A stretch of 61,930 nt of DNA, the filler included, from Hausera hauseri (lineage: Eukaryota): the NCBI GenBank assembly GCA_046269625.1. It is 12 parts of 12 records of this genome, joined end to end, with 100 filler letters (N's around TTAATTAATTAA, not from the genome) between each part and the next. Parts side by side here need not be neighbours in the genome. Positions count along the whole stretch, not along the records: positions 57,411 to 61,930 come from JBJURY010543453.1; 11 more parts are not named here. One strand, written 5' to 3'. Below the pieces are notes generated by a model that was given only the letters and a program-made list of their open reading frames with translations, was not told where the DNA came from and ran no database searches. Each line of letters opens with the position of its first letter. Position 1 is the stretch's first letter. This document shows, piece by piece, positions 59,303 through 61,930 of this stretch. The translations under genes were made by a program, and so were the position numbers.

Positions 59303-59814
59303 AATAGCCATTGTAATCAATATAAACCGAAACGGAAGTTGATGTAAATACAAAACTGAAACTGAAATTCAATGTAAATAATACAAGTGCAAAAGCGGAA
59401 AATAATGATAATGGATTAATTACCAATAATTGAAACTAACTCATTGTGACAATTGAATGAATGCAGGTGGATTGAAAATAGATTGAATTATATTGAATGC
59501 GGAGAATCAATTTAATTATGAAATTAATTGTATGTAAACAATGGCTCTAAATGTATATATAAAGATGTACAGACAGTAATAGTTGTAGTAGTTAATCAGA
59601 AGGTAGAAAAAGTTGATAGTTAATACGATTCTCAGTCAGTATTAATCCGTGGATCAAAGAATTGAAATTGACGTTATATTGAATTATTGCTTTTGATCTG
59701 ACGTTATCTCTGCTGACTCGACATTTTTGTTACGGTATATTTTCGTGTTTAAATAAATTTTTGTATCTAAATTCTTATAGTTTTTCGTCGCTCCTTACGA
59801 GGGACTAGTACCAC
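59283..59814 (+). mobile_element. PPT plus 3' LTR, BEL/Pao-like
   Basis: AGGGAGGAAAAA then TGTTCTAG (59295); TATATATAAA at about 59554; AATAAA at about 59752; ends CTAGTACCACA, an imperfect inverted terminus. Confidence 0.65.
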
Positions 59815-60851
59815 ACTAAGTTCTTAAAATCATTACAAAATTCATATATAAGACGAGATTTTGTAACTTACGCAATCACTGCACGCAGTACACGCATCTT
59901 AAAATAGTGCAGACATTCTAACGAGAACGATAGATCTTACCTGCTTGAATAATATTATCTAAAACTTGCAATTTTCTCATTGTTGAAGTTGGGTGTTGGA
60001 TAAGGCCTACCTTCAACTACTAACAATATCACTGATTTTAAATGTTACTTACAATTCTGTTCTGTATGTTGTTTTCCCATCGCCATGTTTTCCGTCGTCA
60101 ATAACTTTCGGAATCGGTTGTTTTTCCAAACGTTACGTCGATGCCAGTCAATATTCCATATCCATCCCCGTCGTACAAAGAATAATGTAAAGAAAATCAC
60201 CTTACACGAAAGATATTGCGTTTGCAAATGACTTATCCGATAATGTAAATAAGGAACACGAAACTATGAAACAAATCTGGCAATTACACACGGTTTGTTT
60301 GACTGACAAAGAAACAGTATAGGGATGTGAACGCACGAGGCCAATATAAATTTCCTATCTTGATCCCCCAGGCAAGAAACAGTGTTGAACGTGGGAAAAT
60401 TTTGTGGACTGTGGAAAAATTTTATGTTATTGAGCAGATTTTTTCCTTTGTGGCTAATTCGTTTTTGTTACGTCTATCTGCGTCGAATGGTGTATAAAGT
60501 AACTTCATAGGACTTTGCCTTGTTGTGCTATAGCACAAAAATGTGCAAAATTTCCATGTTTTTTAGTTTTCAGCGAGAAACGTTTTTTCCTGAAATACCT
60601 AAAAATTTTCTGTTAGGTCTATCTGGTGCAGTTCTCGTACAGTTTCTTATCGAAAATTTATTTTTCTTCGTAACTAAAATTTTTTAATAAGTCTATCTTG
60701 TTCCGAATTTGACACAGCATCGAATGATGTATAAATAAACTTTATATGACTTTTCCTACGTTGTGCTACAGCACAAAAATGTGTTTATTTTACATGTTTT
60801 TTCAGTTTTTTATAAAATATCTAAATTTTTTTTGAAGTTTTATCTTGTACA

Positions 60852-61930
60852 AGTAGGGGAAAAATGCGGGTTCTCCCTCACCGCCCGGAGAGAGGTAATC
60901 GATAAATCAATTTTGCACATATGCCAATCGATAGTGAACGTTGTGCACTATAAATCGATAGTGTGCTAGGAACCGTTTCCAAGCACATTTTTGCACATTT
61001 GACAAATTTATCGCTGCACAGTGCAGTATTGATCGAATCGATCGGAACAAAGCGCTAATCGATAGTGTACATCAGTGCACATTGTTTGGTGCACAGTGCA
61101 ACTGTGCAGCACATGCGCAAGTGTGCAATAATCAGTAATATCGGATTTTCGATATTTTGAATATTGATGATTAGGGCAGGGTACCGGGTAAAATCGGTAA
61201 GACACATGGTGGATTGTGCCAATGCGCAGTTAGAATTTAAATATCTTGATTGGTTTTCGAATAATTCCCAACTGAGTGAGAACTTCATAGGCCTTTCCGC
61301 TATAAAATAAAAATCGATAATATCAATCCGGGGAAAGTACTGGTACGTAGCACACACGGTGCGCCACCAACATGGAAATGTTTAAGATGGAGATGCTTTT
61401 GGATACGGTTGCCAAGGCGCTTTTTCACTTTTCACATACTGGTCACTGGGCAGCGTAGGATTGATGGAATCGATCGGGGTCAAGTGCAGGTAGACAGAAA
61501 ACATTGAGATGCACCTTGATATATACTGTGCAATGCAAAAACACATGTGCAAGTGTGCAAAAATCAAAAATATAGGATTTCCGATATTTCCAATATTGCT
61601 GATTAGGACATGTGACGGGGTGCATTCGAAGACAAACATGGTGCAGTATATGAATGTGCAGTTAGAATTTAAATTTATTAAGCCGATTTCGAATAATATC
61701 GATCCAAAGTGCAACTGAGGAAGAACCCGCATAGGTTTTTTAGGTCCTAAGGAAGCAAAATTCGATATTATAATTAGCGGAGACGGATAGGAAATCGAGT
61801 ATGGCAATCTCGAATCTCGAGTCAGATATTCGAAATTCGAATATTTTTAGCTCGAATATCGAATTATTCGAAAATCTAACAGCAGCAATCGATTCCTTAT
61901 ATATGAAAACCCCCTTACACATAAAAATTA
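60852..61930 (+). repeat. Palindrome-rich terminal repeat, copy C, with an internal duplication
   Basis: Starts AGTAGGGG; 60852-61170 and 61540-61930 align with 17560-17900 and 17830-18230. Confidence 0.8.

Noticed and set aside
1-61930. Species or phylum assignment
   Set aside because: Plexin and the transposon content indicate an animal, but nothing here supports a finer call without a database search.

Overview
This window is not one locus. It is 12 short AT-rich contigs from an animal genome, joined by artificial 100-nt spacers (N-run + TTAATTAATTAA + N-run): 1-4759, 4860-8963, 9064-17361, 17462-22459, 22560-28439, 28540-32845, 32946-38054, 38155-42843, 42944-47829, 47930-53241, 53342-57310 and 57411-61930. 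Most of it is decayed mobile DNA. (i) Polinton/Maverick (adintovirus-like) pieces: integrase, packaging ATPase, pPolB, major capsid, adenain protease, dUTPase, a DEDD-like nuclease, a TBP-like gene and palindrome-rich termini. (ii) Several Ty3/Gypsy elements and a BEL/Pao-like 3' end. (iii) Tc1, pogo, hAT, RTE and SINE remnants and a degenerate HDV-like ribozyme. (iv) Host-gene material: a near-complete cytosolic LeuRS, a plexin fragment and a co-oriented mosaic of PLK, NEMF, eEF2 and helicase fragments. The most striking signals are three. First, a retroelement with the order Gag - ubiquitin-like domain - chuvirus-type glycoprotein - protease, so env sits between gag and pol. Second, a Gypsy family whose Gag is preceded in frame by a ubiquitin-sized leader ending in R(I/L)RGG. 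Third, an LTR element carrying RING and REX4/ISG20-like cargo. Together these suggest retroelements that use the ubiquitin system. All homology calls come from motif recognition by eye; no searches were run.
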